A DNA stretch of 64,000 nucleotides from Amoebidium appalachense. Its lineage: Eukaryota > Protista > Ichthyosporea. Shown in pieces: positions 1 to 47,183 of the stretch. The position numbers were made by a program, and so were the translations under genes. The stretch spans positions 1,054,001 through 1,118,000 of the forward strand of contig CAVNZM010000012.1 of assembly GCA_963693365.1 (NCBI GenBank), written 5' to 3'. The notes under the pieces were generated by a model, which saw only the letters and a program-made list of their open reading frames with translations, made no database searches and was not told where the DNA came from. Every line of letters begins with the position of its first letter. Position 1 is the first letter of the stretch.

Positions 1-403
1 CCCAATATCAGAAACACATTTAGCTATTAAATAACAACGTTTTTGTATACATAATACTTCAATAGTGAAAACTTCAACCCTTCCACCGTTAAGAAACGAG
101 TCAGGGGGATGTTGTGGGTCACAGTCGTTGGCTTTTGCTGTCTGTCCACGTATGCCCCAAAAGCAGAAACACACGTTAATACTAAGTAAGACCATTTTTG
201 TATATTTTGTGTACATCCTTGTATCACTTTGTCATTATATTTATTTTGTTTCTGAGTCGACGGTTGTGTATTTTTCGTTTACATCACATTAAAACCTTAT
301 CTCATCAAAATGAGTTTGCAATGAAGTTGGTCGTGCACAACCAACTTTTGCATACAGTGTATGAACACTAGTGGTTAAGTGGGTGCTCTCATAGTCGACG
401 GAA

Positions 404-17835
<17,432 letters not shown>

Positions 17836-18338
17836 CTTGCCGTGTTCCGCGCTCCCTACCGACTACGGTACACAACCTGCTGTCAACAAGAACCAAGTGT
17901 ACCCTTGAATGCCGACACGGTTGATGTGAACGTTGCTGTAAATGGCTACAGGGTGTGTGCTGCACGGTAACAGATGCCACAGAACTCATATAGCAATCTA
18001 AGGTTCCCTATGCTAGCAACCTATATACACTAAAAAAAGATACCCGCATATCCGTCTCGCATGTGCTAGGGTAGGTAGATCAACGTTGTGCCCGCAGTGC
18101 ATGCGTGCTTAACGATTTGGCATGGCTTGGCTCATTGATGACGTCACGCGGGCTCGTGTTACATTTTACAGTAGGCCTCCGAACGAGAAAGGGCGTTGAG
18201 AGCAAGCAGAAAAGACTCCCGCGTTGAAGGAGAAGAAAAGAAATGAGTCGAAGAGAAGATGGTGGGAAACAAAAGGAAAACGAGAAAAAGAGGAAACGAA
18301 AGAAAAAAAATGAAAGGAAACAAAAAGAAAAAAAGGAA

Positions 18339-18411
18339 CGCCCGATGCGAGACTTGAACTCGCGACCCTGGGATTAAAAGTCCCATGCTCTACCGACTGA
18401 GCTAACCGGGC
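18339..18411 (-). tRNA. tRNA-Lys(UUU)
   Basis: Minus strand GCCCGGTTAGCTCAGTCGGTAGAGCATGGGACTTTTAATCCCAGGGTCGCGAGTTCAAGTCTCGCATCGGGCG (73 nt). Anticodon stem TGGGA/TCCCA with loop CT-TTT-AA, GTTCAA T-loop, followed by a T-run Pol III terminator. Confidence 0.96.
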
Positions 18412-18611
18412 CTGTGGGTTACCGCCAAAACGCGAGGAATATAACAATTTTTAGCCATGTACACCCAAAAGAAAAGAGAAATCCCTTCTGACACACTCTC
18501 AAGCAGGCAATGCCGAAACGGTCTAACTAATTATCAGTTCTGGAAAATGATTTCCGCATGCTTTAATTGTCTTCTTCGGCCGTTAGAGGCTCTCCCCTTC
18601 CCTTTCACAAC

Positions 18612-18655
<44 letters not shown>

Positions 18656-19357
18656 AGATCTAATAGGGTCCTCTCCCCACCCCCCACTCCCCAGCTAATT
18701 AGCCCCTTCCTCCCCCCCACCATAGAAACTTGCACAAAGAAAAAAACAAAAAAAAAGGAAATGGAAAAAAAGAATTCGTCTCCCTGCCATTGTTTGTTTG
18801 GTATTCGACAAGTCAAAATATTCTGCAAGCCTGCTTATGGCCTAATTGTTACATATTGTAGGTCGTTACAGTAGCCTCGCAATGCCTCCTTCTATTCCAC
18901 CAAACTCTCCCCTCTTTCCCCTCCCCCTCCCCCCACCCTCCCCTCCCCCCGAGGCCTTCTGAGCAGATTGCCTCCCCTCCCCCCCCCCCCCCCCCCTTAC
19001 ATCCCCCCTCAATCCCCTCTAACCTCCCCCTTCAAGGCAATGCCATCCCCCCCCCTCCCCCCCATCCGCCCCTCTCTCCAACCTCCCCCTTTGAGGCATG
19101 GCCTCAAAGTCTCCCCCTTCCACCGAGGGCAACACAAAAAACTTTACGACCTCGGATAGGAGGTTTACATGAAACGGCGAAAAACGCACATTTAAACTTC
19201 ATGTTTGTATTCTGTGGGTGCATGCATCATCCGAGTGGCACACCCACATACTATAAGTAATCAAAGTTCACGATGAAGCTATGGCCAATATTAGATCCAG
19301 CAATCTAACGGCAGCACGATAAAGTACCAACCACAGTGGTGGCTCAAGGTGGTGCCC

Positions 19358-19389
<32 letters not shown>

Positions 19390-20063
19390 AGGGGGGGGGG
19401 GGGGGGAGGAGGAGGAAGGGGGGGGGGGGGGGGATATTGCGCACAAAATAAATTTTGCGCTCGTTTGCTGGCCTCTGGCTATCCGGAGATATTTAAAATA
19501 CAGTGTACTTATACATTCACTGTGTGAAACGAGCCACGTACCGTGACTAAACTAAGTTTCTTGCATGTACATAGTTGAAGGATCATGTTTTATTGCCTTT
19601 AATAATACTCATAGAGCCTACACCGACGGTATGTAGCAGATCGTGTGACCCATTGTCACCGAGCATGTAAACAGTATTCTTAGGGTTTTAGAACTGCCAA
19701 CACCGGTTTGAAATAACTCATGAAATCACAACTAAATATTTAAGAGGGCTAGATCCTAGGTTGGTGTCTACATACTAAAGTCATTTTCTACCCAAGAGCC
19801 CTGGTGTGTTATTCTACACCAAATAGGTGGCATGCGCAAGGTGTTTTATGCCACTTCGTGCCAACACGTACCAACAGAAACTAATATTAAGTACTCTCCT
19901 ATGTCGGGTTGACTAAAAACAGTTACTGTTATTGATTAATACTAAGTAGTACTTGTAACTAAATTCAAGGTGCATGCCACCTTACAAACCATTTACACGC
20001 ATTTCATTGAGTGGAGTGCTAAGATCCGGGAATGTGGTCGTCACGGGCTAATGAGGAGCGAAA

Positions 20064-20101
<38 letters not shown>

Positions 20102-20321
20102 GGGGGAGGGAGGGATATGGTCGGGATGAATCACGACACCAGATGCCACATTTTCACGGGATCGGTTGGGGAGAGGGGCGGGAGGGGGGGAGGGGAGGAG
20201 GGGGGGAAGGGGGATGGAGGGGGGAGGCGGGAAAAAAGATTACAGATGCATACAAATGCTTGCCCTTAAGCTCGCATGTCCAAGAAACTCTTTGCATTTA
20301 ATTCGCTTATCTGCTACAGAT

Positions 20322-31482
<11,161 letters not shown>

Positions 31483-33198
31483 TCTGCTTGCCTACGAGCT
31501 CCGACGTGGGAGGCTAGATGTGTTAAACGAAACTGCAACTACAGCATCGTGCTTTAAATGCGACGAGTGATGAATTGCCTCTTTAAACGATTTGACGTAA
31601 AGCTGATAATGGTGAGAAAAAAGGTGAGGGCGTGCGTTTGATGATAGGGAGATTTATGACCATCACGCACATGACACTAATCTCTAGCTATTCCAAAATC
31701 ATAGTATACTAAACAAATGGATGTACATTGCTCGATTGTTAGACAGACCATTCGCACCATCTCAGGATCTATATAATGAAAAAACGGCGACAGAGAAAGC
31801 AAAAAAAATGTATGATGAGCTAGAAGACATGCTTTTTATGGCTGTTGCGTGTACAAGAGTGCAAGTAAAAAGGGGATCTCCCCCAGTTGTTCGTCTTTCG
31901 ATGTTGAAACCAAGGATTCCCTATGAACATCAGACTGCCCATGACTCGAGGTCCACCTATTATTTCCTATACCCGAAAAAAAACACTAACGCATTCCTGT
32001 CTTCTGTAAATTGAGGACATGAAACATGCATGCACCAGAGTGGACATGAAACATGCATGCAACCACATGTTCCTTTTTCGTTCGTTATTTTGCAGTGACT
32101 CCCTTTATTTTGAAGCAAGGTTTCGTGTAGCCGGGGAAGCCAATCAAAACAAATCCATTATAAGGTCAGCGCGGACCCCCTAAAGCTCACATTGTTGGGG
32201 CGTATTGCCTAACCTATTTTCAGGTTTAGGTTCTGAATAGATTAACCATGCTAGACGAAAGTCGGTTACAATTTTTTTTTGTTTTAATATCAAATACATA
32301 ATCATTTTATAGATATTTCTATTTCTATTTCTATGGTTCCTTTTTTATACGTGGGTGCTATATGCATATGTATATTGTAAACATTGTGAAATGTAACTTA
32401 GTAAACAGCACCACACGCCCCCCCAAAAAAAGTTGTAGGGGATCAACAGTGGTTCGACAGTGGTTCGCTCTAGACCAGTCAGCTCTAAGGAAAAGGTGCG
32501 GTTATCTAAGACAAGATATAAGCCTGCAATTTCACAAAGACCCCTCTAAGGCTTGATGAGGACGTCATAATTTGTTTGTTCAGAAGAGGCGTGTGGGTGG
32601 ACTGGGCGTATCAACCCTAATTGACGCAGAGAAAACGCAGTTATTATTTCTTAATTAGCCAGTTTAGCTGTTACAGTACATAGTGGCTCAGACCAGAAGC
32701 CTCAGTAGCATCAACATCGCTGGTTCGCAGGCTCCGCGCGACCGCCCACGCAGTCATGCAGCAAGGCAGCTTCTTCACTTGCACAGATCCCCCTATTAGG
32801 ATCTATCATCTTCTTTGTCTGCTAAAGACTGTCACAGTGCATGTCGGTCCGGATCCCTGCACGTGCACGGCAGGCCACTTGCAAAACAATGCAGGATCCC
32901 TGCCCATGTGAGAGTTAAATGTTGTGGTGTAGTCATCTCGCGATTCCTTTCAAGTTCATACAAAATGACGGCTGGTTTCAGGGCACACCACCCTAGCAGG
33001 GTTCATTTGTACTGGCTCGAATCAGATAATCGCATGGGCGCAATCATTGGATGCTCGAGCAATGCATCCAGCCCATATGCCGTGCGTAGCGTATCAACAT
33101 CATGTTATTCCCGTGTGCGTGTGAAATACTGTCCGAGGTTCCCGCATTGCTAGTGGGTCCGGTGAGAGGGTGGCTATAAAGTTTCCTTTCAGATCCAG

Positions 33199-40040
<6,842 letters not shown>

Positions 40041-41189
40041 GGTGAAAATAGTTCTAATAAATGATGTGATAAATTGCACAGTATACTAGTTGCTCCTCAT
40101 GGGTGTAAATAAAGACACCAAACTAAAAATGTTTATCGAATATATCTGGCTGCATTGGTTCGTGTGGAAGCGGTTGCTGTTTCCTAAATAGGTTCACCAC
40201 TTTCAAAGCAGAGCACAGAAATCGGAAAGTTGAACAAAAATATGCTGCCTGAATCATGTGCCTAAAACAAGATTCTCGTATATAATATTCGAGGCTTGTG
40301 TGTAGGTGTATTCTATAGGACCACGACATAAAAAGAAAGTATAGCAGAAGATCATATGCGATTCGCAGAGAACGCCGGGCCGCGTTGTGGGTATGTTTCG
40401 AGCATCAGTTTCCTGTATGATGAATTTTCACGCACGACCAGGAAACGTGTGCCAAGACCAGAACGCGCGCAATTGCATTTTTAGCCTGTATCTGAGAACT
40501 GTCTTGTGGGTGTCTTGTATTAGTGGCCTTAGTTAACATCACATCTCGGTCTTCCGCAGCAGTGGTACGGTAGGCTTGTTCAACTGATTGCGCTCTTGCT
40601 TAGACCTGTAATCTTTGAACGGGCAGTGCTGTAACTTTTCCAAACTACTCTGCCCGTGTATTTAAGGATTCGCGTTCTTGCAGTATAAACGGTCTTCAAG
40701 CTCTATAGCTACGTACCAACTCGGTTGAACTATACTGTACTATACATACTTATGACATGAGACACCTTCTGGAGCTTTCTTTTCGTTTTCCGTGCACACC
40801 TTTTTGGAATGTGGCTTCGCATACCAGAGATAAAATCAAGATCCTGCGCATGCCGGCCTGACTGCGCGAGTGAGATATCTTCGGCGAGATATCGGGACGT
40901 TATCGTTCGTGTTTTTTTTTTTTGTACGACTCGGGGACATACTATTTTAGCTACATACAGGGGCTTCGCGATATCGTCACCATCTGAAACAGCCTCAGTC
41001 ACATTTGGGGGTGACGATATCGAGAGGTGACGATATCGGGTGATTCTGGGGAGATACTATTCAATAGAGGGTTAGGGGGATCTGATTGCGCAAACCGTGC
41101 ACATGGTCCGAATACATTCGCCCAGCAGCAGTTTCGTAGTCGCACACAACGTTGGGAGCTAGCTAGGGATGGAGGAAAAATGGAATACA

Positions 41190-41735
41190 CGCCGTGAAGC
41201 CGTGTGCTACCGTGTGCACCTGTGCGCACAAAGAACTTGTGCAACCATCCGACAGAGGCAGAAAACGCCTTTGCGGGAATCCCCTTTTCCCGGGCAATGC
41301 TGTTGGCCTTCGCACGCATCATATCGTTCGATACCGGTACCTAGTGCCTGGCGGCACAGCACAAACCAGTTGTGCAGATCGGTTTCCACCTCCTTGAACT
41401 TGCCCTCACTGGCGTTTCTCTGCGCCAACACAGCAGGTGGGGCTTTGCGGGCCTTTGCCAAGGTCGACGTCTCTGCCTTTCTGGAAGGATGCATGCATCA
41501 GCTTGGACACAGCTGTGCGGCTAATGCCGTAAGCAGCGGCCACACTAGTGTGTGTTTCGCCCCGACCCACACGCTCGATTATTTTGCCCCTGTCTTGCAA
41601 ACTCAGGCGCTTGATTGATTTGCGCGGTTTATGTTCATCTTGCACCCTCGTGCTTGCCTCCTGCATACGCTTATTCAGAGCTTTCTGTTCTTCTCTGGCC
41701 CTCTTCGCGGCCTTAGCAGCGCCCATTTGAACCAT
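41190..41735 (-). pseudogene. Frameshifted CENP-B/pogo transposase N-terminus (psq-like HTH + Tc5 HTH); no DDE domain
   Basis: Split over three frames: KRLSLQDRGKIIERVGRGE...VAAAYGISRTAVSKL / KFKEVETDLHNWF / RAKANSIA...FSASVGWLHKFFVR...RLHG. One shift coincides with an ATGC duplication near 41490. Confidence 0.85.
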
Positions 41736-42015
41736 TTTCTCTCCTTCTAATCTATTCCGGGCTCAAATACAAAGGAGAAACCCTGTCACTGTGTGCACGT
41801 GTACGTTAACTGTCTGCCGTGGTTTTTTTTTTTTCTGTTTCAGGCTTCTCCGGCAGGCCGGAGGAAGCGGGCCGAGCGTTCGCGCCAAAATCGCAATTCC
41901 GGGTTTTCATTGGCTAATTTCAACTTGACCCGAATATTCGGGTCGGGTCAATATCCGGCTCGAACCGACCCGGTTGGGCCAGGTCACGAAAAAGGGTGAC
42001 GATCACGGCCATCTA

Positions 42016-42108
42016 AGTCGCACACATCGATTCAGTCGCACACATCGATTCAGTCGCACACATCGATTCATCAGTCGCACACATCGATTCAGTCGCACAC
42101 ATCGATTC
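42016..42108 (+). repeat. Five tandem 18-bp units AGTCGCACACATCGATTC at the LINE 5' end
   Basis: Five perfect units with one ATC insertion between units 3 and 4. Unit junctions form TCAGT (Inr-like). Confidence 0.9.
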
Positions 42109-42214
42109 AAATGTCGCTCTTTATTATCTGCTAATAAATAGTATCCTTCGCGCATCCACCCCTAAACCAGGCCATCCGTGGCCCTAAGGGCCGGGGAACA
42201 CCCCCATCCATGTC

Positions 42215-43399
42215 ATGGCACATGCCTATAATCGTTTCAGAACCTCTTTCAAAGTTCCATCTACACCCATCACACATGTGCGACCATTAAAACGTCCAGC
42301 AGATACACCTACCACAGATGCACAACCAGAAAAACATCGCCTTAGACTAAGCGCAACACCTATTTACAATACACTACCCATTCAGAATAACACCACACCA
42401 CTCCGTAGAAACACAATAACAACCATGCCGAAACTTTCGGTTGATACAGTACTGGCAGAACTTGCCCTCGTTAAGAAACAGCTAAATGAGCTGTTACCAC
42501 TCAAGAACATGATAGAAAAACTCCAAACAGAAAATACCCAACTCAAGCTCACCATTGATTCACTCACAGCCCAGCTAAACATTAGTGGATCGCAAAACCC
42601 CAAAACTCATGAGCAAACATCTCGCGACGGAGACATTTCCACCCCAACACAAAACAACACAGGACCGGAAGCACAGCTCCCGGCAGAGTTCCTAGAATAT
42701 GCGAACTCTCGTAAAACACCCGAGCTCCGCCAAATTGCCAAGGAAACATATGCCAGCATTCTTGCAGGCAACGAGTACCGCCGCAACTCCCCTTCCAAAC
42801 CGCCGGCTAAGGGGAACACCCAAGCAAACGGTAACATCAACATCCCACCCAAATACGAGAGGGTGTATTTCAAAGTCAAGCACGGCAGACGCCCACACAG
42901 GGCCATGTGGTCCATCTTCAAGGCTCTCGGCTTCCGGTGCTCTCGCATCCTTTGTCTGTCCTTCATTGGATACGATGTGCTGGAAGTAGCAGTACGGGGC
43001 GACTATAACCGTGCGTTCATCCGTGACGCGACAAAGGGGTGTGGAAGCTTCTTCACCCACCTCCCAAGCTACGACCCATGCGCGCCGGAAAACATTCAGA
43101 AAGCAGACAAAGAACGTAAAGTGTCTGCTAAGAATGCGTGCGCCACACGTTGTCGTGTACGCATCAGCAAGGCAAAAGAGTTCCTCGCAAAGTTGGAAAA
43201 CGATGCTACGAGCGTGATAGACACGGACACGAAGGAACCAATGTTTTCTGGTGAGAAACTGCTCGAGCGCAAACGCCGATGCGAGATGGAAATCGAGCTC
43301 TTCTGCGAACTGTTCGCGCTGGCGGAAGGTCGTGCATACGACCCCGTAAGCGACAAGTGGGAACCAACCCCACAGGTGTCGGACCAAACCGATGCCTAA
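42215..43399 (+). CDS. LINE ORF1 protein (coiled coil + basic domain, no CCHC knuckle seen)
   Basis: 394-aa ORF directly upstream of ORF2 and overlapping it by 8 nt. Heptad-rich segment VLAELALVKKQLNEL...LTAQL. Confidence 0.85.
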   Translation: MAHAYNRFRTSFKVPSTPITHVRPLKRPADTPTTDAQPEKHRLRLSATPIYNTLPIQNNTTPLRRNTITTMPKLSVDTVLAELALVKKQLNELLPLKNMIEKLQTENTQLKLTIDSLTAQLNISGSQNPKTHEQTSRDGDISTPTQNNTGPEAQLPAEFLEYANSRKTPELRQIAKETYASILAGNEYRRNSPSKPPAKGNTQANGNINIPPKYERVYFKVKHGRRPHRAMWSIFKALGFRCSRILCLSFIGYDVLEVAVRGDYNRAFIRDATKGCGSFFTHLPSYDPCAPENIQKADKERKVSAKNACATRCRVRISKAKEFLAKLENDATSVIDTDTKEPMFSGEKLLERKRRCEMEIELFCELFALAEGRAYDPVSDKWEPTPQVSDQTDA

Positions 43400-46300
43400 T
43401 TTATCCTTCTTCTTCTGGAATGCTCGGACACTGGGCCCCCAAAAGGGCCTCCCCCCCGGGACACTCGACGATAAAATCAGCTACATACAACAACAGACAA
43501 ACAACCACACGTTTACAGTGATTTGCGAAACACAGTTTAAAAACCACCACAAATTCAACTCTACATTGGTCGACACATCCACACACCCCGGTTACGCGAA
43601 AAACCGAGGCATTATTGTACTTGCCGCACCACACGTGAGAGTGAAGTGCAAACCGGTAGCAAAAACGGAATTCTCGGTTTCTATAGAGTTTCTTTCTAAT
43701 GTTTTTACTTTTGTATATTACCCACCATCTATGTCGGTTGTCGAATTGACTCACGAGTTGTCACAGTTACCAATGTCCACTGTTATTTTAGGTGATTTTA
43801 ACACGCGACTCCACCACACAGACACACTGCAAGTGAGTGTCGGGTACCCATCTAAGCCCCCGGAGCGTGCTATCCCTTTAGCAAGGTATGTCCAAAGTCA
43901 CACTTTGCGGTTCCCTCAAATATCCCATGCCCACAACACCGACTGGGGAGTGGCCTTTTGGCCATCAACCATGTCAAAACTCTCTCTCCCTCCTAACCTC
44001 TCTAGGTCATCTGACCACTCTCCTATCCTTTTCCTACCTAAGATCTCCCTTGATCTGCTCCCCCCTCCCCCTCCCACCTTTCGCCTCCGTCTATCCCAGC
44101 TTAAGTCACAGTGGGGTAGATTTGATGTATGTGTATGCTATGCTACGAAACACCCTATATATATGCGCCTATTAGAATCTGCACAAGCCAGGCCAGATTC
44201 ACATCTCGTACTAGATACATGCACTAACTTTATTGTTGATGATTTGATAGATCTCGGTGATTATGCTGGCGGTGGTAGGAAGGAATATCCCGATGCTCTC
44301 TTGTTACCAAACACCACTCCCGCTAGACTAGGTGAACCCCTGTCTCAAAAGGAAAGCTTGCGCCGGCTTGCTAGTATGAATCGATTTGGCCCCCCTGCTC
44401 GTATTATTGGTGATACCACTGGAGACCCCCTCATAGACTCTGATAAGTATTTCTCGGAACTGTTTAAAGATAGGACCCCCGCTCAGAAACCTATTGTGTG
44501 GCCTGTAGACCCATCTATCCCCATAGAATCGATCCTCCCCTTTTTCAGTCCCGATGCCATATGGTCTGTGATATCTAGTTATAGCTCTAGTAAGTCTTGT
44601 GGACCTGATGGACTCCCTGCTGGGTTTCTTAAAATCCTTGTTCCCTCCTACCCACAAAAGGAAAGTGATCGTGCTATTAAACCTGATCTTACTATCATGT
44701 TAAGCTCTCTCTTTTCTTGGTGTGTTAAATGTGGACATGTCCCGTCATCTTGGTTAGATACCTTAGTGATCCCCATAGTTAAGAAGGACTCTGAGGGCCC
44801 CATATCATCCTTTCGCCCCATTACACTAACCCAGGTTGTTCGTAGATTCTTTGAAGCTTGCTTACTTAGGTTATTTGCACATCACCCTAGGTTTCAATCT
44901 ATTCTTCACATACACCCATGCCAATCCGCTTTTCGTAAAAACAATTCATGTTATGTTCAAATAATGGCACTGCACGATTCTATGCAAGTTGGTGCACAAT
45001 ATGTTGGCTTTATTGATTGGAAAACTGCTTACGATTCTGTCTCCCCTGGTCTCCTATGGGAAAAGCTTGCTGCACGGGGTGTACCACACTGCATTGGTGT
45101 TCTGTTAGAAGCACTCTTGTCTCAAACCTATGGTAGAGCTGTGGTTAATGGGCATCTTTCATATGGTTTTGCTCGTACTAGAGGTCTCTTGCAGGGTTCA
45201 TTGCTTAGCCCCTTTTTGTTTAACCTATTTATAGATGATTTGGCTGTCAAGATTTACGCCGAAAACGATGACCCTATTAATAACTTTCCGCCTGCACTTC
45301 TCTATGCTGATGATCTGTCCCTCCTTGCCCGTACCCCTAGACGCCTGCAAAGATTGTTCGATGTAGTGTCAGAGTGGTGCAAGGCAAACCTTATGATCCT
45401 TAACATAGACAAATGTGGTGTTCTTGTACCTGATATAGCTAACAATTTACACACATTTACATTATCATCTAAACCTGTACCTATAGTTCCAGAATACAAA
45501 TATCTTGGTGTTCCGGTTGATTCTGTTGGTGTTATGTTTCCCCATATGGTCGAAAAGAGGGTAGAGTTGGCTCGTAAGCGGTTAGCTTTCTTCTCGGCTA
45601 ATATTTTTAAAGACACACCCCTCCATCCTTCTATTAGACTTACATTTATTCGCACTTTTGTCTTCCCGGCATGTGAATATGGTTTACCCCTTCTCGCCGC
45701 TTGGATCAAGAAAGAGAGAACTAGAGCGCTTAAACCCTTGGCAAATTTCCTTGAAGCAGAAGTTGCCTCCTTTCTATCTAACAACTGTTGTAAACCTGGG
45801 CCTGTAACGCTCTCGATATATGGTCTGGTCCCAATAGCTGCTAGAGTATCCTATCTCGCGCTGAAATTCAATAAGCACATAAGCCGCTTAAAGAAGTATT
45901 TGCCCTCCCACCCTCTCTTCTCTATCCGACCTGTCCCCTCCTCACCTCTCCCCTCTTTCCTCCCCTCTCTCTCCCCTTCTCCCCTGGGCACAAATACAAA
46001 TAAACCCCGCAATAGTGTGTGTGTGACTTTGGACTGCCACTTACTTATTAAACATGTACACAATCACAAGATAATCACGCAATATAACAAATGGAAAAAG
46101 ATACCACACGACACTAGACCCGATGAAAGCATACACCTTGAAAAACTAAGCCTTATGTCTCGTTTTATATATACTGACCGCCTCAACCATATTGCCAAAT
46201 ATGGCACTCGCAAGTGTATAACACCTAAATACATAAAACCTTCCTGTAGAACTGGTCTTTCTCTAGCTGATGGTATTATTGATCAATTACCACGCTTTTA

Positions 46301-46586
46301 CTGTACACGTGCTATACAGTGGAGATCTAATAAGTATAAGGTGGCATCATTTGCATGCCCAAACAACACACACACACACCAGTTTAACCGGTCATGTATC
46401 GCCAAATGTAGTTTGATAGACCACATAATACCGCAACACACACACGTCACATTCACAACAGACACCCAGAAAGATAGCCTACCTGTAAATTACAACATCC
46501 TTGATTTTATACTAAACACGCGTAACTACGACCTGTTTATTAGATGTATTGATTGGCTTGAGAAACACATCACTACAAAATTATAG
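43392..46586 (+). CDS. LINE ORF2: APE endonuclease + reverse transcriptase
   Basis: 1064 aa. APE motifs WNART, CETQ, YYPP, LGDFN, SDHSP. RT motifs GPDG, FRPITL, QSAFR, FIDWKTAYDSV, GLLQGSLLSPFLF, LYADD, YKYLG. Cys/His cluster near the C-terminus; no RNase H seen. Confidence 0.97.
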   Translation: MPNLSFFFWNARTLGPQKGLPPGTLDDKISYIQQQTNNHTFTVICETQFKNHHKFNSTLVDTSTHPGYAKNRGIIVLAAPHVRVKCKPVAKTEFSVSIEFLSNVFTFVYYPPSMSVVELTHELSQLPMSTVILGDFNTRLHHTDTLQVSVGYPSKPPERAIPLARYVQSHTLRFPQISHAHNTDWGVAFWPSTMSKLSLPPNLSRSSDHSPILFLPKISLDLLPPPPPTFRLRLSQLKSQWGRFDVCVCYATKHPIYMRLLESAQARPDSHLVLDTCTNFIVDDLIDLGDYAGGGRKEYPDALLLPNTTPARLGEPLSQKESLRRLASMNRFGPPARIIGDTTGDPLIDSDKYFSELFKDRTPAQKPIVWPVDPSIPIESILPFFSPDAIWSVISSYSSSKSCGPDGLPAGFLKILVPSYPQKESDRAIKPDLTIMLSSLFSWCVKCGHVPSSWLDTLVIPIVKKDSEGPISSFRPITLTQVVRRFFEACLLRLFAHHPRFQSILHIHPCQSAFRKNNSCYVQIMALHDSMQVGAQYVGFIDWKTAYDSVSPGLLWEKLAARGVPHCIGVLLEALLSQTYGRAVVNGHLSYGFARTRGLLQGSLLSPFLFNLFIDDLAVKIYAENDDPINNFPPALLYADDLSLLARTPRRLQRLFDVVSEWCKANLMILNIDKCGVLVPDIANNLHTFTLSSKPVPIVPEYKYLGVPVDSVGVMFPHMVEKRVELARKRLAFFSANIFKDTPLHPSIRLTFIRTFVFPACEYGLPLLAAWIKKERTRALKPLANFLEAEVASFLSNNCCKPGPVTLSIYGLVPIAARVSYLALKFNKHISRLKKYLPSHPLFSIRPVPSSPLPSFLPSLSPSPLGTNTNKPRNSVCVTLDCHLLIKHVHNHKIITQYNKWKKIPHDTRPDESIHLEKLSLMSRFIYTDRLNHIAKYGTRKCITPKYIKPSCRTGLSLADGIIDQLPRFYCTRAIQWRSNKYKVASFACPNNTHTHQFNRSCIAKCSLIDHIIPQHTHVTFTTDTQKDSLPVNYNILDFILNTRNYDLFIRCIDWLEKHITTKL

Positions 46587-46590
46587 CGCA

Positions 46591-46657
<67 letters not shown>

Positions 46658-46689
46658 CCAGCTGATACCGAGTGTCCCGAGGGGAGCCC

Positions 46690-46722
<33 letters not shown>

Positions 46723-47183
46723 CGGGGAACCCCAACTAATTGATTTCTCCTTGTAGTCTTTATGGTGTCTCGTAGAGAAAGTAAACCCTGATATATAGTC
46801 ACCACCCGACATCTATGTACGTGATCATGATATACCGCTGAGGGGATATTCCGAGCAAAACCCCCCCCCCCCATACCTGAGACTGGTTCTCTTTGCCTCG
46901 AGTAAACAGCGTAAACCCCCCAGGTGTTTCTAGATGGCCGTGGTGACGATATAGGGATGTGACGATATCGCGAAGACCCTGTAGCCCACCACGGTGACCC
47001 CACGGCACAGGGGTGGTTTATTATACATTCAGTAAGGGATACTCCCAAGAATCCATACCAGAGAATACAAGAAAGCGGCAGCCGAATGCGAGGGCTAGCG
47101 CTCCGGGATCATGTCTTCGAAAGAGGGCTGGCGCCGCCGGGCCGGAAGCAATCTGTGAATCCGATGGCGGCACTTACTAATTA

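Larger units (their letters stand above)
42016..46722 (+). mobile_element. Full-length, apparently intact non-LTR retrotransposon (LINE)
   Basis: 5' tandem 18-mers, two overlapping uninterrupted ORFs, short 3' UTR containing (CA)n, poly-A tail at 46694-46722. Confidence 0.93.
42004..46942. mobile_element. Small non-autonomous TIR element (hAT- or P-like MITE, ~235 bp), interrupted by the LINE
   Basis: TIRs CACGGCCATCTA (42004-42015) and TAGATGGCCGTG (46931-46942). Perfect 8-bp TSD GTGACGAT at 41996-42003 and 46943-46950. Confidence 0.85.
40958..46981 (-). mobile_element. pogo/Tigger-type DNA transposon deletion derivative (outer layer of the nest)
   Basis: TIRs CAGGGGCTTCGCGATATCGTCAC (from 40958) and the reverse complement of CAGGGTCTTCGCGATATCGTCAC (ending 46981), each flanked by TA. 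Subterminal GTGACGATAT repeats. Own length ~1.08 kb once the inserts are removed. Confidence 0.88.

Noticed and set aside
31721-32014. 97-aa plus-strand ORF divergent from PTEN
   Set aside because: No recognisable motif or exon partners; cannot be supported without homology or expression data.
42016-42108. CRISPR-like array
   Set aside because: The repeats are contiguous with no spacers, there are no cas genes, and the context is a eukaryotic LINE 5' end.
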